A stretch of DNA of 64,000 nt from an uncultured Chloroflexia bacterium (GCA_963833225.1 CAWHXD010000007.1:548426-612425), one strand, 5' to 3'; positions 51,545 to 61,903 are shown, counted from the stretch's first letter. Notes: generated by a model from the sequence alone, not told the origin. Made by a program: numbers and translations.

Positions 51545-54500
51545 GCCTCAGTTCCCTTCCCGGCGCTGTTGCCGTTCGTGTCGCTGCCCGTGACGGCGGG
51601 GACGGGCTCCGTCCCGTCCTCGGGCACGTGCAGGTGCGGGACGCTCCGCGTCATGCCGGCAAGCTGCTGGTAGTAGCGCCATCGCTCGTCGGCGTCCTGC
51701 TGGATGAGCTCACCGAGCTCGGCTGCCCGTTCCGGATCGGTCCGTTCGAGGATCGCGAACCGGGTCTCGGTGGCAACGAACTCCTTGATCGGCATCGAGG
51801 GCTTGGCGCTGTCGAGCTTGAACGGCGTGCCGTCCTCGATCTCGCTCGGCTGGAACCGGTAGAGCGGCCAGTAGCCGGACTTGACGGCGTCCTTCTGGTG
51901 GCTCATCGACTTGCTCATGTCGATGCCGTGCGCGATGCACGTCGAGTAGGCGATCACGAGGCTGGGCCCCGGCCAGGCCTCGGCCTCGAGCAGGGCCTTG
52001 ATCGACTGGGCGTCATTGGCACCCAGCGAGATCTGGGCCACGAACACGTTGCCGTAGGCCCTCGCGACCGCGCCCAGGTCCTTCTTGCCGGTGGGCTTGC
52101 CGGCCGCCGCGAACTTGGCGACGGCGCCTCGCGGCGTGGCCTTGGAGGCCTGGCCGCCGGTGTTGGAGTAGACCTCGGTGTCGAGGACGAGGATGTTGAC
52201 GTTCCGCCCGGACGAGAGGACCTGGTCCAGCCCGCCGTAGCCGATGTCGTACGCCCAGCCATCGCCACCGATGATCCAGATCCCCTGCTTGGCGAGGTTC
52301 GTGGACAGGGCGGCGAGCGTGCGGGCGTCGTCGGCGTGCTCACCGCCGACCCCGTCCAGGATCCCGCGGAGCTTCTCCACCCGTTCGCGCTGGGCGGCGA
52401 TCTCCGGCTCGGTGTCCTGCGGGCTGTCGATCAGCTCCGCCGCGAAGGCCTCGCCGATCACCGGGGCGAGCTTCTCGACCAGGTGGATGGCGTAGCCGTA
52501 CTGGGCATCGAGCCCGAGACGCATCCCGAGCCCGAACTCGGCATTGTCCTCGAACAGGCTGTTGGCCCACGCGGGACCCCGGCCCGCCCCGTTGACGGTG
52601 TACGGGGTGGTCGGCAGGTTGGCGCCGTAGATCGAGGAACAGCCGGTGGCATTGGCCACGACCATCCGGTCACCGAACAGCTGCGTCACCAGCCGGATGT
52701 ACGGCGTTTCGCCGCACCCCGCGCACGCGCCGCTGAACTCGAACAGCGGCTCGAGCTGGGCCGCGCCCTTGACCGTGTCCCGCGGGATGGCGGTGCGGTC
52801 GAGCGGCGGGATCGCCAGGAAGGCGTCCCAGCGCTCGCGCTCCACGTCCCGGCTGTCGAGGTAGGGGGCCATGTTGATGGCCTTGTGGCCGACGTCGGTC
52901 TTGCTCTTGGCCGGGCACACGTCCACGCACACGCCACAGCCCGTGCAATCGTCGGGAGCCACCTGGATCGTGATCCGGTGCCCGAGCAGGTCGCGTGACT
53001 TGAACTCCTTGGACACGAAGCCGGCAAGCGCCGGCGTGTCCGCCTCCGGGTAGACCTTCATCCGGATCGAGGCGTGCGGGCAGACCATGGCGCACTTGCC
53101 GCAGTCGATGCAGATCGCCTCGTCCCAGATGGGGATCTGCTGGGCGATGGCCCGCTTCTCCCACTTGGTCGTGCCGCTGGGGAACGTGCCGTCGACCGGC
53201 AGCGCGCTGATCGGGAGCAGGTCTCCTTCACCGGCCATGAGCCGGGCCGTGACCATCTTGACGAAGTCGGGTGCGCTGTCTGGCACCAGCGCCCTCATGG
53301 CGCGGTCCTCGGTCACCTTGCCCAGGGTCACCTTGCCCAGGCGGGCGATCGACGCGTCGATGGCGGCATAGTTGCGGGCCACGACCGCGTCACCGCGCTT
53401 GCCGTAGGTCTTGTTGACGAACTGCTTGATCCGCGTGATCGCCTCGTCGGCCGGCAGGACCCCCGACAGGTGGAAGAAGCAGGGCTGCATGATCGTGTTG
53501 ATGCGGTTGCCCATGCCGGTCTCGGCCGCCACCGCCATCGCGTCGATCACCCAGAGGTCGATCTCCTTGTCCACCAGCTGTTGCTGGACGTGCCCCGGAA
53601 GGTGATCCCAGACCTCGTCCGGCCCGTACGGGCTGTTGAGCAGGAAGGTCGCGCCGTGCTTGGCGCGATCCAGCATCTGGACGCTCTCGAGGAGGCCGAA
53701 CTGGTGGCAGGCCACGAAGTCCGCCTGGTCCACGAGGTAGGTGGACCGGATGGGCTGCGGCCCGAACCGCAGGTGCGACGACGTGACCGAGCCGGACTTC
53801 TTCGAGTCGTACACGAAGTAGCCCTGGGCGAACAGGTCCGTGCCCTCGCCGATGATCTTGACGCTCGACTTGTTGGCGCCGACCGTCCCGTCCGAGCCGA
53901 GGCCGAAGAACAGGGCCTGGACCTCGCCCGCCGGGCGCGGGTGGCGGAACGTGTCGCTGATCGGCAGCGAGAGGTGGGTCACGTCGTCGTAGATGCCGAC
54001 GGTGAAGTGGCGCTTCGACCTGGCCGCAAGCAGCTCGTCGAAGATGGGCTTGACCATCGACGGCGTGAACTCCTTGGAGGACAGGCCGTAGCGGCCGCCG
54101 GTGACCCGCGGAGCCACCGCGAACGGCGGCTCGTCGCTGTCCTGCGCTTCCGTCAGCGCGGCAAGGACGGCCTGGTACAGGGGCTCGCCGACCGCGCCGG
54201 GCTCCTTGGTCCGGTCGAGGGCCGCAATCTGCTTGGTGGTCTTCGGGAGGGCCGCCACGAAGGCCGCGGTCGGGAAGGGCTGGAACAGGCGGACGATCGC
54301 GACGCCGACCTTCTCGCCGGCGGCGGCCATCGTCTCCACGGCCTCCTCGGCCGCGCCCGCACCCGAGCCCATGATCACGACGACGCGGTCGGCGTCGGGC
54401 GCTCCCCGGTACTCGACGAGCGAGTACTGGCGACCCGTCCGGGCCGCGAACTCGTCGAACACCTCCTGCACGATGCCCGGGACGGCGTCGTGGAAGGGAT

Positions 54501-55197
54501 TGCAGGCCTCGCGGGCCTGGAAGAACACGTCCGGGTTCTGGGCCGTCCCGCGGATGACCGGCGTCTCCGAGGTGAGGCCGCGGCGGCGGAACGCCAGCAG
54601 GTCGTCCTCGCGGATGAGGGCCCGCAGGTCGTCCGGCTCCAGGGTGGCGATCTTGTTGACCTCGTGGCTGGTCCGGAAGCCATCGAAGAAGTGCAGGAAC
54701 GGCACCCGGGAACGCAGCGTGGCGGCGTGGGCCACGGCCGCGAAGTCGTGCGCCTCCTGGACCGAGTTGGCGGCCAGCATCGCCCACCCCGTCGCCCGGG
54801 CGTGCATGACGTCGCTGTGGTCGCCGAAGATCGACAGCGCGTGGGTCGCGACCGTGCGCGCTGCCACGTGGATGACCGCCGGCGTCAGCTCGCCCGCGAT
54901 CTTGGACATGTTGGGGATCATCAGCAGGAGGCCCTGCGATGCCGTGAACGTGGTGGTCAGGGCACCCTTCTGCAGGCTGCCATGGACGGCCCCGGCGGCG
55001 CCCGCCTCGGACTGCATCTCCACGACCGAGGGCACGGTGCCCCACAGGTTGGGCTTGTGGGCGGCCGACCAGTCGTCGCAGTACTCCGCCATGGGCGAGG
55101 CCGGTGTGATCGGGTAGATGGAGATGACCTCGCTCATCGCATAGGCGGCGCGCGCGGCCGCCTCATTGCCGTCGAGGCACTCCCAGTGCTGACTCAT
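51541..55197 (-). CDS. nifJ: Pyruvate:ferredoxin (flavodoxin) oxidoreductase, single chain
   Basis: DGNEAAA, YPITPAS, two CxxCxxCxxxCP ferredoxin motifs, FSGACAGCGE, GGDGWAYDIG, YSNTGGQASK. Confidence 0.96.
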   Translation of the reverse strand: MSQHWECLDGNEAAARAAYAMSEVISIYPITPASPMAEYCDDWSAAHKPNLWGTVPSVVEMQSEAGAAGAVHGSLQKGALTTTFTASQGLLLMIPNMSKIAGELTPAVIHVAARTVATHALSIFGDHSDVMHARATGWAMLAANSVQEAHDFAAVAHAATLRSRVPFLHFFDGFRTSHEVNKIATLEPDDLRALIREDDLLAFRRRGLTSETPVIRGTAQNPDVFFQAREACNPFHDAVPGIVQEVFDEFAARTGRQYSLVEYRGAPDADRVVVIMGSGAGAAEEAVETMAAAGEKVGVAIVRLFQPFPTAAFVAALPKTTKQIAALDRTKEPGAVGEPLYQAVLAALTEAQDSDEPPFAVAPRVTGGRYGLSSKEFTPSMVKPIFDELLAARSKRHFTVGIYDDVTHLSLPISDTFRHPRPAGEVQALFFGLGSDGTVGANKSSVKIIGEGTDLFAQGYFVYDSKKSGSVTSSHLRFGPQPIRSTYLVDQADFVACHQFGLLESVQMLDRAKHGATFLLNSPYGPDEVWDHLPGHVQQQLVDKEIDLWVIDAMAVAAETGMGNRINTIMQPCFFHLSGVLPADEAITRIKQFVNKTYGKRGDAVVARNYAAIDASIARLGKVTLGKVTEDRAMRALVPDSAPDFVKMVTARLMAGEGDLLPISALPVDGTFPSGTTKWEKRAIAQQIPIWDEAICIDCGKCAMVCPHASIRMKVYPEADTPALAGFVSKEFKSRDLLGHRITIQVAPDDCTGCGVCVDVCPAKSKTDVGHKAINMAPYLDSRDVERERWDAFLAIPPLDRTAIPRDTVKGAAQLEPLFEFSGACAGCGETPYIRLVTQLFGDRMVVANATGCSSIYGANLPTTPYTVNGAGRGPAWANSLFEDNAEFGLGMRLGLDAQYGYAIHLVEKLAPVIGEAFAAELIDSPQDTEPEIAAQRERVEKLRGILDGVGGEHADDARTLAALSTNLAKQGIWIIGGDGWAYDIGYGGLDQVLSSGRNVNILVLDTEVYSNTGGQASKATPRGAVAKFAAAGKPTGKKDLGAVARAYGNVFVAQISLGANDAQSIKALLEAEAWPGPSLVIAYSTCIAHGIDMSKSMSHQKDAVKSGYWPLYRFQPSEIEDGTPFKLDSAKPSMPIKEFVATETRFAILERTDPERAAELGELIQQDADERWRYYQQLAGMTRSVPHLHVPEDGTEPVPAVTGSDTNGNSAGKGTEA

Positions 55198-55447
55198 CGG
55201 TGTCTGCATCCTTTCGGGTGACGCATGCCACCCGGGTTCCAGCGGTGGCGACGGGGACGGGACCGGCAGGGCAGGTGCCTGCCAGCCTGTGCAAGTTTGC
55301 GCCTCCTGGCGGGCGATCGGGCAGGCGAACGGTCCCGTAGCGGCGGCTCGGGGGTCACGGATTGGCCGGGACCAGCGGGCCGTGTGGCCCAGTCGAGCGT
55401 GCCGCCCGGCCCGGCGGATCCCCGTGAATCGGTTCACCATTGCCGGC

Positions 55448-56299
55448 ATGCCACCGCGTCACGCCAACGTGGACGAGGGGTGGCGTGCCGTGCGGGCGGC
55501 GTCGCCCGCGACCACCGCCGGACGGCGGCATGCGCGCCTCACGTTTCTCGGCCACTCCACCGTGCTGGTTGAGATCGACGACCTCAGGATCCTCACGGAC
55601 CCCGTCCTGCGGGAGGGTCTTGGCCCGGTGCGGCGCCAGGTGAAGGCGGTCCTGCCCGAGCTGTTCGCCGACCTGGACGCGGTGTTCATCAGCCACGGGC
55701 ATCACGACCACCTCGACCCGCCTTCGCTTCGCCAGATCCCGGGCAGGCCCACGCTGATCGTGCCGCGCGGATTCGGGCGAGTGGGTGCGAGGCTCGGCCT
55801 CGGGCCGGTCGAGGAGGTGGAGCCCGGCGACCGCCTGACCATCGACCGGGTCCATTTCTCGGTGGTCGAAGCGCGCCATTCCGGCCGGCGGGAGCCATTC
55901 GGTCCCGTTGGCCCGGCGACCGGCTGCGTGCTCGAGGGATCGAGCACGATCTACTTTCCGGGCGACACGGACCTGTTCGCGGGGATGGCGGATCTCGCCG
56001 GGTCGCTGGACGTGGCCCTGTTGCCCGTCTGGGGCTGGGGCCCGACGATCGGACCCGGGCACATGGATCCGGAACGGGCGGCGCAGGCGGCCGCCATCCT
56101 GCGCCCGCGGCTGGCGATCCCCATCCACTGGGGCACCTTCTATCCCGCCGGGCTGCGCCGGGTCCGCCCCGATCCCTTCGAGACGCCGGGGCTGGCGTTT
56201 GCCGAGGCCGCCGAGCGACTCGCACCCGACGTCCCGGTGCGGATCGTCGCTCCCGGTGAGACCGTCGACCTCCCGGCCCGCCGGGCGCGCCTCGGGTGA
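55448..56299 (+). CDS. MBL-fold metallo-hydrolase
   Basis: LGHST, LTDP, SHGHHDHLD, GDT, PIHWGTF. Confidence 0.9.
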   Translation: MPPRHANVDEGWRAVRAASPATTAGRRHARLTFLGHSTVLVEIDDLRILTDPVLREGLGPVRRQVKAVLPELFADLDAVFISHGHHDHLDPPSLRQIPGRPTLIVPRGFGRVGARLGLGPVEEVEPGDRLTIDRVHFSVVEARHSGRREPFGPVGPATGCVLEGSSTIYFPGDTDLFAGMADLAGSLDVALLPVWGWGPTIGPGHMDPERAAQAAAILRPRLAIPIHWGTFYPAGLRRVRPDPFETPGLAFAEAAERLAPDVPVRIVAPGETVDLPARRARLG

Positions 56300-56306
56300 C
56301 CGGGCG

Positions 56307-57548
56307 TCAGGCCGCCTCAGCCGTGGCCGGCGCGTAGGTCATCCGGCCGGCGACACCCCAGGCGAGTCCGAGCAGCGACGCGCCGACCACGATCGCTCCG
56401 GCGATCCCGAACATCACGGGCACCGCCCCGAGGTCCACCACGACGCCCGCGAGCGCATAGCTGATCGGGGCCAGGCCGACCGAGCCGAGCATCACCATGC
56501 TCATCACTCGACCGCGCATCTCGTCGGCCGTCCGGACCTGCAGCCACGAGATGACGTGGACGTCGATGAAGCCGATTCCAAGCCCGATCACCGTCAGGGC
56601 GAGGAGGGCGATCGGCACATTGGGCGCCACGCCGACGAACGCGAGCCCGACGCCGAGCCCGACGCCGATGGTGAGCACCACGGACCCGAGGCGCGGCACG
56701 CGGGCGATGATGCCCGCCCCCAGCGCACCTGCGAGCGAACCGGCGCCGACCGCGCTCATCAGGAGCCCGAAGGTCGCCGAGCCCCCGCCGAGGGTGTGTT
56801 GGGCCAGGAAGGGCAGGCCGACGGCCAGCGTGCCCGTGAACGCGAAGTTGAAGGCCGCGGTCAAGACGATCAGCGCCCGGACGGCCGGATCGCCCCACGC
56901 ATGGCTGAAGCCCTCGCGAATCGTCCCCAGAAGGTTCACCCGATCACCCTCGGGGCTGCTTTCGATCGGGACCCGGCGGCCGCCCGCGACGAACACAAGG
57001 GCCGTCGCGGCAACCGCGAACGACAGGGCGTCGAACGCGAATGCCGGCCCGGTCTGCGCCAGCGCCACGACCAGGCCCGCGATCGCGGGCCCGATCAGCC
57101 CCGCCAGCTGCTGGCTGCCCTGGATCACGGCGTTGGCCGGAGGCAGGGTCGCCTCGTCCACCAACATCGGCAGGATGGCGTTGACGGCGGGATAGAACAG
57201 CGCATCGACCACGCCGAACGTGGCGGCCATCAGGTACAGGTGCCAGAGCTCGACGCGCTCGGTGAGCACGAGGCCGGCGATGACCCCGACGAGCAGCGCG
57301 CGGATGGCGTTCGACCAGAGCATCAGGCTGCGCGGCGACCAGCGGTCCGACAGCGCCCCTCCGACGAGCATGAACACCGCGCGGGGGATCGCCGCCACCA
57401 TCAGCACGCTGCCCAGCGCCAGGCCCGAGCCGGTGAGCTGGAGGGTGAGCCACGCCAGCGCGACGAAATGGAACTGGTCACCAAGGACCGAGATCGCCTC
57501 GCCGGTGAACACCAGCCGGAAGTCGCGGAAGCGGAACGGGCGTCGCAT
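56307..57548 (-). CDS. MFS transporter (DHA3/macrolide-efflux-like)
   Basis: FRDFRL..SVLGDQ, GALSDRW, MRGRVMS. Confidence 0.9.
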   Translation of the reverse strand: MRRPFRFRDFRLVFTGEAISVLGDQFHFVALAWLTLQLTGSGLALGSVLMVAAIPRAVFMLVGGALSDRWSPRSLMLWSNAIRALLVGVIAGLVLTERVELWHLYLMAATFGVVDALFYPAVNAILPMLVDEATLPPANAVIQGSQQLAGLIGPAIAGLVVALAQTGPAFAFDALSFAVAATALVFVAGGRRVPIESSPEGDRVNLLGTIREGFSHAWGDPAVRALIVLTAAFNFAFTGTLAVGLPFLAQHTLGGGSATFGLLMSAVGAGSLAGALGAGIIARVPRLGSVVLTIGVGLGVGLAFVGVAPNVPIALLALTVIGLGIGFIDVHVISWLQVRTADEMRGRVMSMVMLGSVGLAPISYALAGVVVDLGAVPVMFGIAGAIVVGASLLGLAWGVAGRMTYAPATAEAA

Positions 57549-57558
57549 CAGGGAACCG

Positions 57559-57945
57559 CTACTCGATGCTGATCAGGACGGCGTCGCCCTGGTCATCCTC
57601 GGTGTCCACGATCGGACCCACCTCGTCCGTCTCCACGGCCTGTCGGATGAGCTCCGCGTAGCTGTCCGGAATCCCCGGCACCATGCGCGCGGCCATCGCC
57701 GCGAAGGCGAGCGGGACGCGCACGTCGACGACCGACCGGCCGCCCTCGCTGACGCGGATCCGCATCCGGCGACCGCGCGTCCGGCCCCGGCTTGCCTGAT
57801 CGCCGATCGGCGTGGAGGCCAGTCGTGGCCCGGCGGTCCCGGTTGGCGTCACGCGGCTGAGCGCCTCGACGATCGGCGCCGCCTCTTCGGGTGTCAGCTT
57901 GCCCTCGCTCACCAGGCGCAAGACGGTCGCCAGCTCCTCGGTCAT
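57559..57945 (-). CDS. SHOCT-like N-terminal domain protein (DUF2089-associated)
   Basis: VLRLVSEGKLTPEEAA..; RMRIRV..VDVRVPLAFA. Confidence 0.8.
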   Translation of the reverse strand: MTEELATVLRLVSEGKLTPEEAAPIVEALSRVTPTGTAGPRLASTPIGDQASRGRTRGRRMRIRVSEGGRSVVDVRVPLAFAAMAARMVPGIPDSYAELIRQAVETDEVGPIVDTEDDQGDAVLISIE

Positions 57946-57946
57946 C

Positions 57947-58900
57947 TCAGGCGCTTCCGGCCAGGCGGCGGGTCGCCTCATCGACGCTGATCTCGCCCCG
58001 CTCGAGGGCGCGCAGGATCTCGAGCTCGGTGGCGGGCTCGGGCTGGGTGGGTCGTTGGACCGGCGAGATCCGCCGCGGGCGGCGGACGTTGACGTCCCCG
58101 GACATCGAGTTGAAGGCGACCCGCGGACCGCCGCTGCCGATGATCAACCGGCGGCGATCGACCTGCCCCTCGAGCCGGTGGTCCAGCTCGCTGTGGACGT
58201 CGGTCGAGATGCCGTGGACCTCGAAGATGGCACTGCCGACGAGCCCGACCACCAGGTCGCCGCTCACGGTCTCGACCCGGAAGTCGCCGTGCGGGTCGAG
58301 CTCGCCCTCGACCTCCACGTCACCGGACACGGTCGTGGCCCGCAGCGCACGCAGGATCGGGGTCGTGATCGACACATCGCCCGACACGCCCTGTGCCTGG
58401 ACGGCGACCGGCGCGTCCGTTCGCAGTTTCGCATCGCCGGAGACCGCATCGAGGCGCACGGACCCGCCGATATCGGTGAGCTGGAGATCGCCGGACACCG
58501 TCCGATACCGCTGGTCGCCACGCATCCCGCTCACCACGGCGTCCGCCGAGACGGACGTGAGCTTGAACCTGGCGCCGGCGGGGACCTCGGCCTCCACGGT
58601 GACGTCAGTGTGGCCGTTGCCCCGGAACAGGCGGGACATGATGGTTCCGAGCGACGCGCCGCCACCCTCGTCACCGACGGAGAGCTCGCCATCGCCACGG
58701 GCCACGCGCAGCTGGACCTGCCCGAAGATCCGGTCCGCCTCCGCTTCTGACGCGGCACGGATCGCGAAGGTCGCTCGAATATGGGTGTCGACGCCCGGGA
58801 CGCCTCGTGCGCGGACGTCACCTTCGGTGACGCTGAGGAACACGGTGCCCTTCTCGCCGACGGGGTGATCGATCGTCTGGGTCCGGACGTAGGTCGCCAT
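57947..58900 (-). CDS. DUF4097 beta-strand repeat protein with C-terminal SHOCT-like helix
   Basis: Repeated (T)VSGD units; ILRALERGEISVDEA. Confidence 0.87.
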   Translation of the reverse strand: MATYVRTQTIDHPVGEKGTVFLSVTEGDVRARGVPGVDTHIRATFAIRAASEAEADRIFGQVQLRVARGDGELSVGDEGGGASLGTIMSRLFRGNGHTDVTVEAEVPAGARFKLTSVSADAVVSGMRGDQRYRTVSGDLQLTDIGGSVRLDAVSGDAKLRTDAPVAVQAQGVSGDVSITTPILRALRATTVSGDVEVEGELDPHGDFRVETVSGDLVVGLVGSAIFEVHGISTDVHSELDHRLEGQVDRRRLIIGSGGPRVAFNSMSGDVNVRRPRRISPVQRPTQPEPATELEILRALERGEISVDEATRRLAGSA

Positions 58901-58903
58901 GGC

Positions 58904-59341
58904 TCAGCCCTGCCCGAGTGCCCGGAGGGCCTCGGCCGCGTCCGTCGCGGTGATCTCGCGGCGGGCCAGCTGCTCGAGGATCGCGCGTCGGCGGTCGGCG
59001 GCGTCGTCGACCGCCGGTTCCGGCGCGGTTGTGGCGACCGGCTCGTCGGAGTCGGCGGCGGGCGGCTCGTCGCCATCCGCCAGGCCGAGCGCCCGCAGGA
59101 GCGACTCGACGCGCCCTCGAACGGTCGGATAGGAGATCCCGAGCTCGCGCTCGAGGTCCTTCAGGTTGCCTCGGGAGCGGAGGAAGCTCTCGAGGAGGGC
59201 GAGCTGCTCGCGGGACAGCCGGCCGAAGCGGCCAACCCCGAACTCGCCCTCCAGCGCCGTGCCGCAGGTGCGGCAGTGGAGGCGCGTGATGGCCAGCTCG
59301 CCCTCGCACACGGGACAGGTGGAGATGACGTCGCGTGCCAT
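58904..59341 (-). CDS. DUF2089 family Zn-ribbon/HTH protein
   Basis: CPVC..CRTC, GNLKDLERELGISYPTVRGR, C-terminal SHOCT-like motif. Confidence 0.9.
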   Translation of the reverse strand: MARDVISTCPVCEGELAITRLHCRTCGTALEGEFGVGRFGRLSREQLALLESFLRSRGNLKDLERELGISYPTVRGRVESLLRALGLADGDEPPAADSDEPVATTAPEPAVDDAADRRRAILEQLARREITATDAAEALRALGQG

Positions 59342-59539
59342 CTATCGGCTCCCCGCCAGGTGCATCTCGAAGCGGATGCGTCCGACCTGCAACGTCCACT
59401 GGCGGAGGCGGGCGAGCGCTCCATCCCGGACCTCGAGGTCACGGAGCAGGGGCTCGGCGGCCAGGACACCGGACGCGAGCGGCCCATCAACGAGGAGGCC
59501 ATGGGTGGCCATCAGATCCGCCCGGAACGGGTTGTACAT
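59342..59539 (-). CDS. Small hypothetical protein, first gene of the DUF2089 operon
   Basis: 65 aa; GGGAG RBS; its stop abuts the DUF2089 ATG. Confidence 0.55.
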   Translation of the reverse strand: MYNPFRADLMATHGLLVDGPLASGVLAAEPLLRDLEVRDGALARLRQWTLQVGRIRFEMHLAGSR

Positions 59540-59599
59540 TGCTGAGTCTCCCTTCACCTTTTGACAGGTGGCTTGCGTGTTTTCGTATCGCGTGGGCAC

Positions 59600-59632
59600 A
59601 GACTAGCTATGGACTTGCCAGATGTCAAGTCC
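59600..59632 (-). promoter_or_regulatory. Sigma70-type promoter overlapped by an inverted-repeat operator
   Basis: Minus strand TTGACA (59628-59623)-17 nt-TAGTCT (59605-59600); GGACTTGCCA-GA-TGTCAAGTCC palindrome at 59611-59632. Confidence 0.75.
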
Positions 59633-59776
59633 TATTTTCGAATTAGTGCTCCGGCCCACAGAAAGTGGAAAGATCCCATGCCCAGGCGCGCTCACGGGTG
59701 GACACGGCAGCACCGGATGCGGGGCCGAGGCCCGGACGAAGGGCGGGGCGCGGATGGGAGCGCGGCCGGGGGGCCC

Positions 59777-61078
59777 TCAGGCCGCGGAGCCAGGGATGCG
59801 AACCGTGAACCTGGCCCCACCCCGGGGCGGGGCTCCCGCCTCGATCGACCCGCCGTGCGCCTCCGCGATCCGGCGCGCGACCGCGAGCCCCAGCCCCGTC
59901 CCGCCCGAGCCATGGCGGGTGGTCCCGGGGAGCCGGGTGAACGGCTCGAAGATCCGCCGCCGGTCCGCCTCCGGGATCCCGGGACCCTCGTCGTCGACCT
60001 CGATCACGGCGAGCCCGGCCTCCATGCGCACGCTGACGGTCACCTCGCCACCCGCGGGGGAGTGATCGACGGCGTTGTCGAGGAGAACGAGCAGCAGCTG
60101 GACGATCCGGGCGCGATCGGCGACGGCTGGCGCGCCGCCGCCGTCGTCCAGCGTGAGCCGGACCTTGCGCTCCGCCGCGAGGGCTGATGCGCCGCGCACG
60201 GTCTCGCGCGCGACCTGGGCGATGTCGACCTGCGTGGTGTTGAGCGCGAGTCGTGTCTCGTCCCATGCCGCGAGCTGGAGCAGGTCGCCCACCAGCCCGC
60301 CCAGACGGTCCGCCTCGGCGATGACGTCTGCGAGCAGGTCGGCTCCATCGCCGGCGACGAGGCCCTCTCGCTCGAGCACCTCGGCATTGGCACGGATCAG
60401 CGCCGCCGGCGTCCGGAGCTCGTGCGAAGCGTCGGCCACGAACCGCCGCTGGGACTCGAACCCGTCGCGGATCGGGACGAGGGCGCGACCGGTGACCACA
60501 AAGGCAATGACGGCTGCCGCGAGCAGGCCGAGCACCCCGACGACCAGGATCGCCAGGACGAGGCTCCGCGACTGCTGGTCGTGGAGCTCCATGTCAAACC
60601 CACCCTGCACGAAGAGGGCCGTGGCGCCGCCGTTCACGATCTGCCGGGTCAGGACGCGGATGGAGTCATGGGGCGTGGCCACGGTCCGCAGGTCGCTGGC
60701 CCTCGTGCGGGCGGCGGACACTGCGTCCGCATCGGGCAGGCCGGGGAGCGTCACCCCGGTCCGGTTCGCAACCACGTTCCCCTGGGCGTCCAGCACCAGG
60801 ATCACGGTGTTCGCCACGGCCGGCCGGCCCTCGCTCGCCTCGCCGCTGCCGTCGTCGCTGCTGGTCTCGCCCGACGGCCGCTCCGCCGAGATCACGGCGG
60901 CCTCGGCATCGACGGCCGCCGCCAGTGCCCGGTCGACGTCCGCGTCGAGCGCCGACAGGCCCATCAGGGCGGTCGCGGCACCCACACCCACCACCAGCAG
61001 CGTGAGCAATGCCAGGGTCGTGGCGAACAGCCGGATTCGCGTCCGGCGGAGCAGGCGGTCCGTGGAGCTTCCAGCCAC
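59777..61078 (-). CDS. Membrane sensor histidine kinase
   Basis: Two TM segments, FVADASHELRTP, LLDNAV, DEGPGI, GTGLGL. Confidence 0.94.
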   Translation of the reverse strand: MAGSSTDRLLRRTRIRLFATTLALLTLLVVGVGAATALMGLSALDADVDRALAAAVDAEAAVISAERPSGETSSDDGSGEASEGRPAVANTVILVLDAQGNVVANRTGVTLPGLPDADAVSAARTRASDLRTVATPHDSIRVLTRQIVNGGATALFVQGGFDMELHDQQSRSLVLAILVVGVLGLLAAAVIAFVVTGRALVPIRDGFESQRRFVADASHELRTPAALIRANAEVLEREGLVAGDGADLLADVIAEADRLGGLVGDLLQLAAWDETRLALNTTQVDIAQVARETVRGASALAAERKVRLTLDDGGGAPAVADRARIVQLLLVLLDNAVDHSPAGGEVTVSVRMEAGLAVIEVDDEGPGIPEADRRRIFEPFTRLPGTTRHGSGGTGLGLAVARRIAEAHGGSIEAGAPPRGGARFTVRIPGSAA

Positions 61079-61081
61079 CCC

Positions 61082-61756
61082 CTAGGCCTCTGTGCGCAGC
61101 GTGTAGCCCACGCCTCGGACCGTCCGGATCCGGTCCGCGCGATCGAGCTCGGCGAGCTTGCGCCGGAGGTACGACACGTACAGGTCGACGACGTTGGAGT
61201 AGACATCGGGCTCCGCGCCCCAGACCTGGTCGAGGATCTGCTGGCGGGTCACGACCTGGCCGGCGTGGCGGATGAAGAACCCGAGCAGCGCGAACTCGCG
61301 CGCGGACAGGTCCACGGTCCGCTCGCCCACCTGGGCCACGTGGCGGAGCTCGTCGAGCACGAGGTCGCCGGCGGCGAGCCTGGCATCCGAGGCGGCCGCG
61401 GGCCGCCGGCCGAGGGCGCGGATCCGCGCCAGCAGCTCCGAGAAGGCGAACGGCTTGGCGAGGTAGTCGTCGGCGCCGGCATCGAGACCGGCGACCCGGT
61501 CGTCCACGGTTCCCAGGGCGGTCAGCATCAAAACCGGTGTCGCGATGCCCTTGGCGCGCAGCAGGCGCAGGACGGTGAAGCCATCGATGTCGGGCAGCAT
61601 CCGGTCGAGCACGATCACGTCGTGCGGCCCCTGGTCGGCGAGCGCGACGGCGCTGACGCCATCGGGGGCGATATCCACGACGTGGCGCTCCGCCACCAGG
61701 ACGCGCCGGATCAGGGCGGCCATCTTCGGTTCGTCTTCAACCACGAGCACATGCAT
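61082..61756 (-). CDS. OmpR family response regulator
   Basis: VLVVEDE, LDRMLP, GADDYLAKPF, IRTVRGVGY. Confidence 0.95.
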   Translation of the reverse strand: MHVLVVEDEPKMAALIRRVLVAERHVVDIAPDGVSAVALADQGPHDVIVLDRMLPDIDGFTVLRLLRAKGIATPVLMLTALGTVDDRVAGLDAGADDYLAKPFAFSELLARIRALGRRPAAASDARLAAGDLVLDELRHVAQVGERTVDLSAREFALLGFFIRHAGQVVTRQQILDQVWGAEPDVYSNVVDLYVSYLRRKLAELDRADRIRTVRGVGYTLRTEA

Positions 61757-61903
61757 CGCGGCGCATTGTGCGGGTGCGAGACCTCGCATGGAAGGGTCAG
61801 AGGCCTTGTCTGTGAGGGTTCTCATCTCGCGCATAGGCAGGATCCCGGTTGCTCCCCTGAGGATGTGGGTCACCTTCTCATCCCGAGAGCGGAGACCCAA
61901 CCG

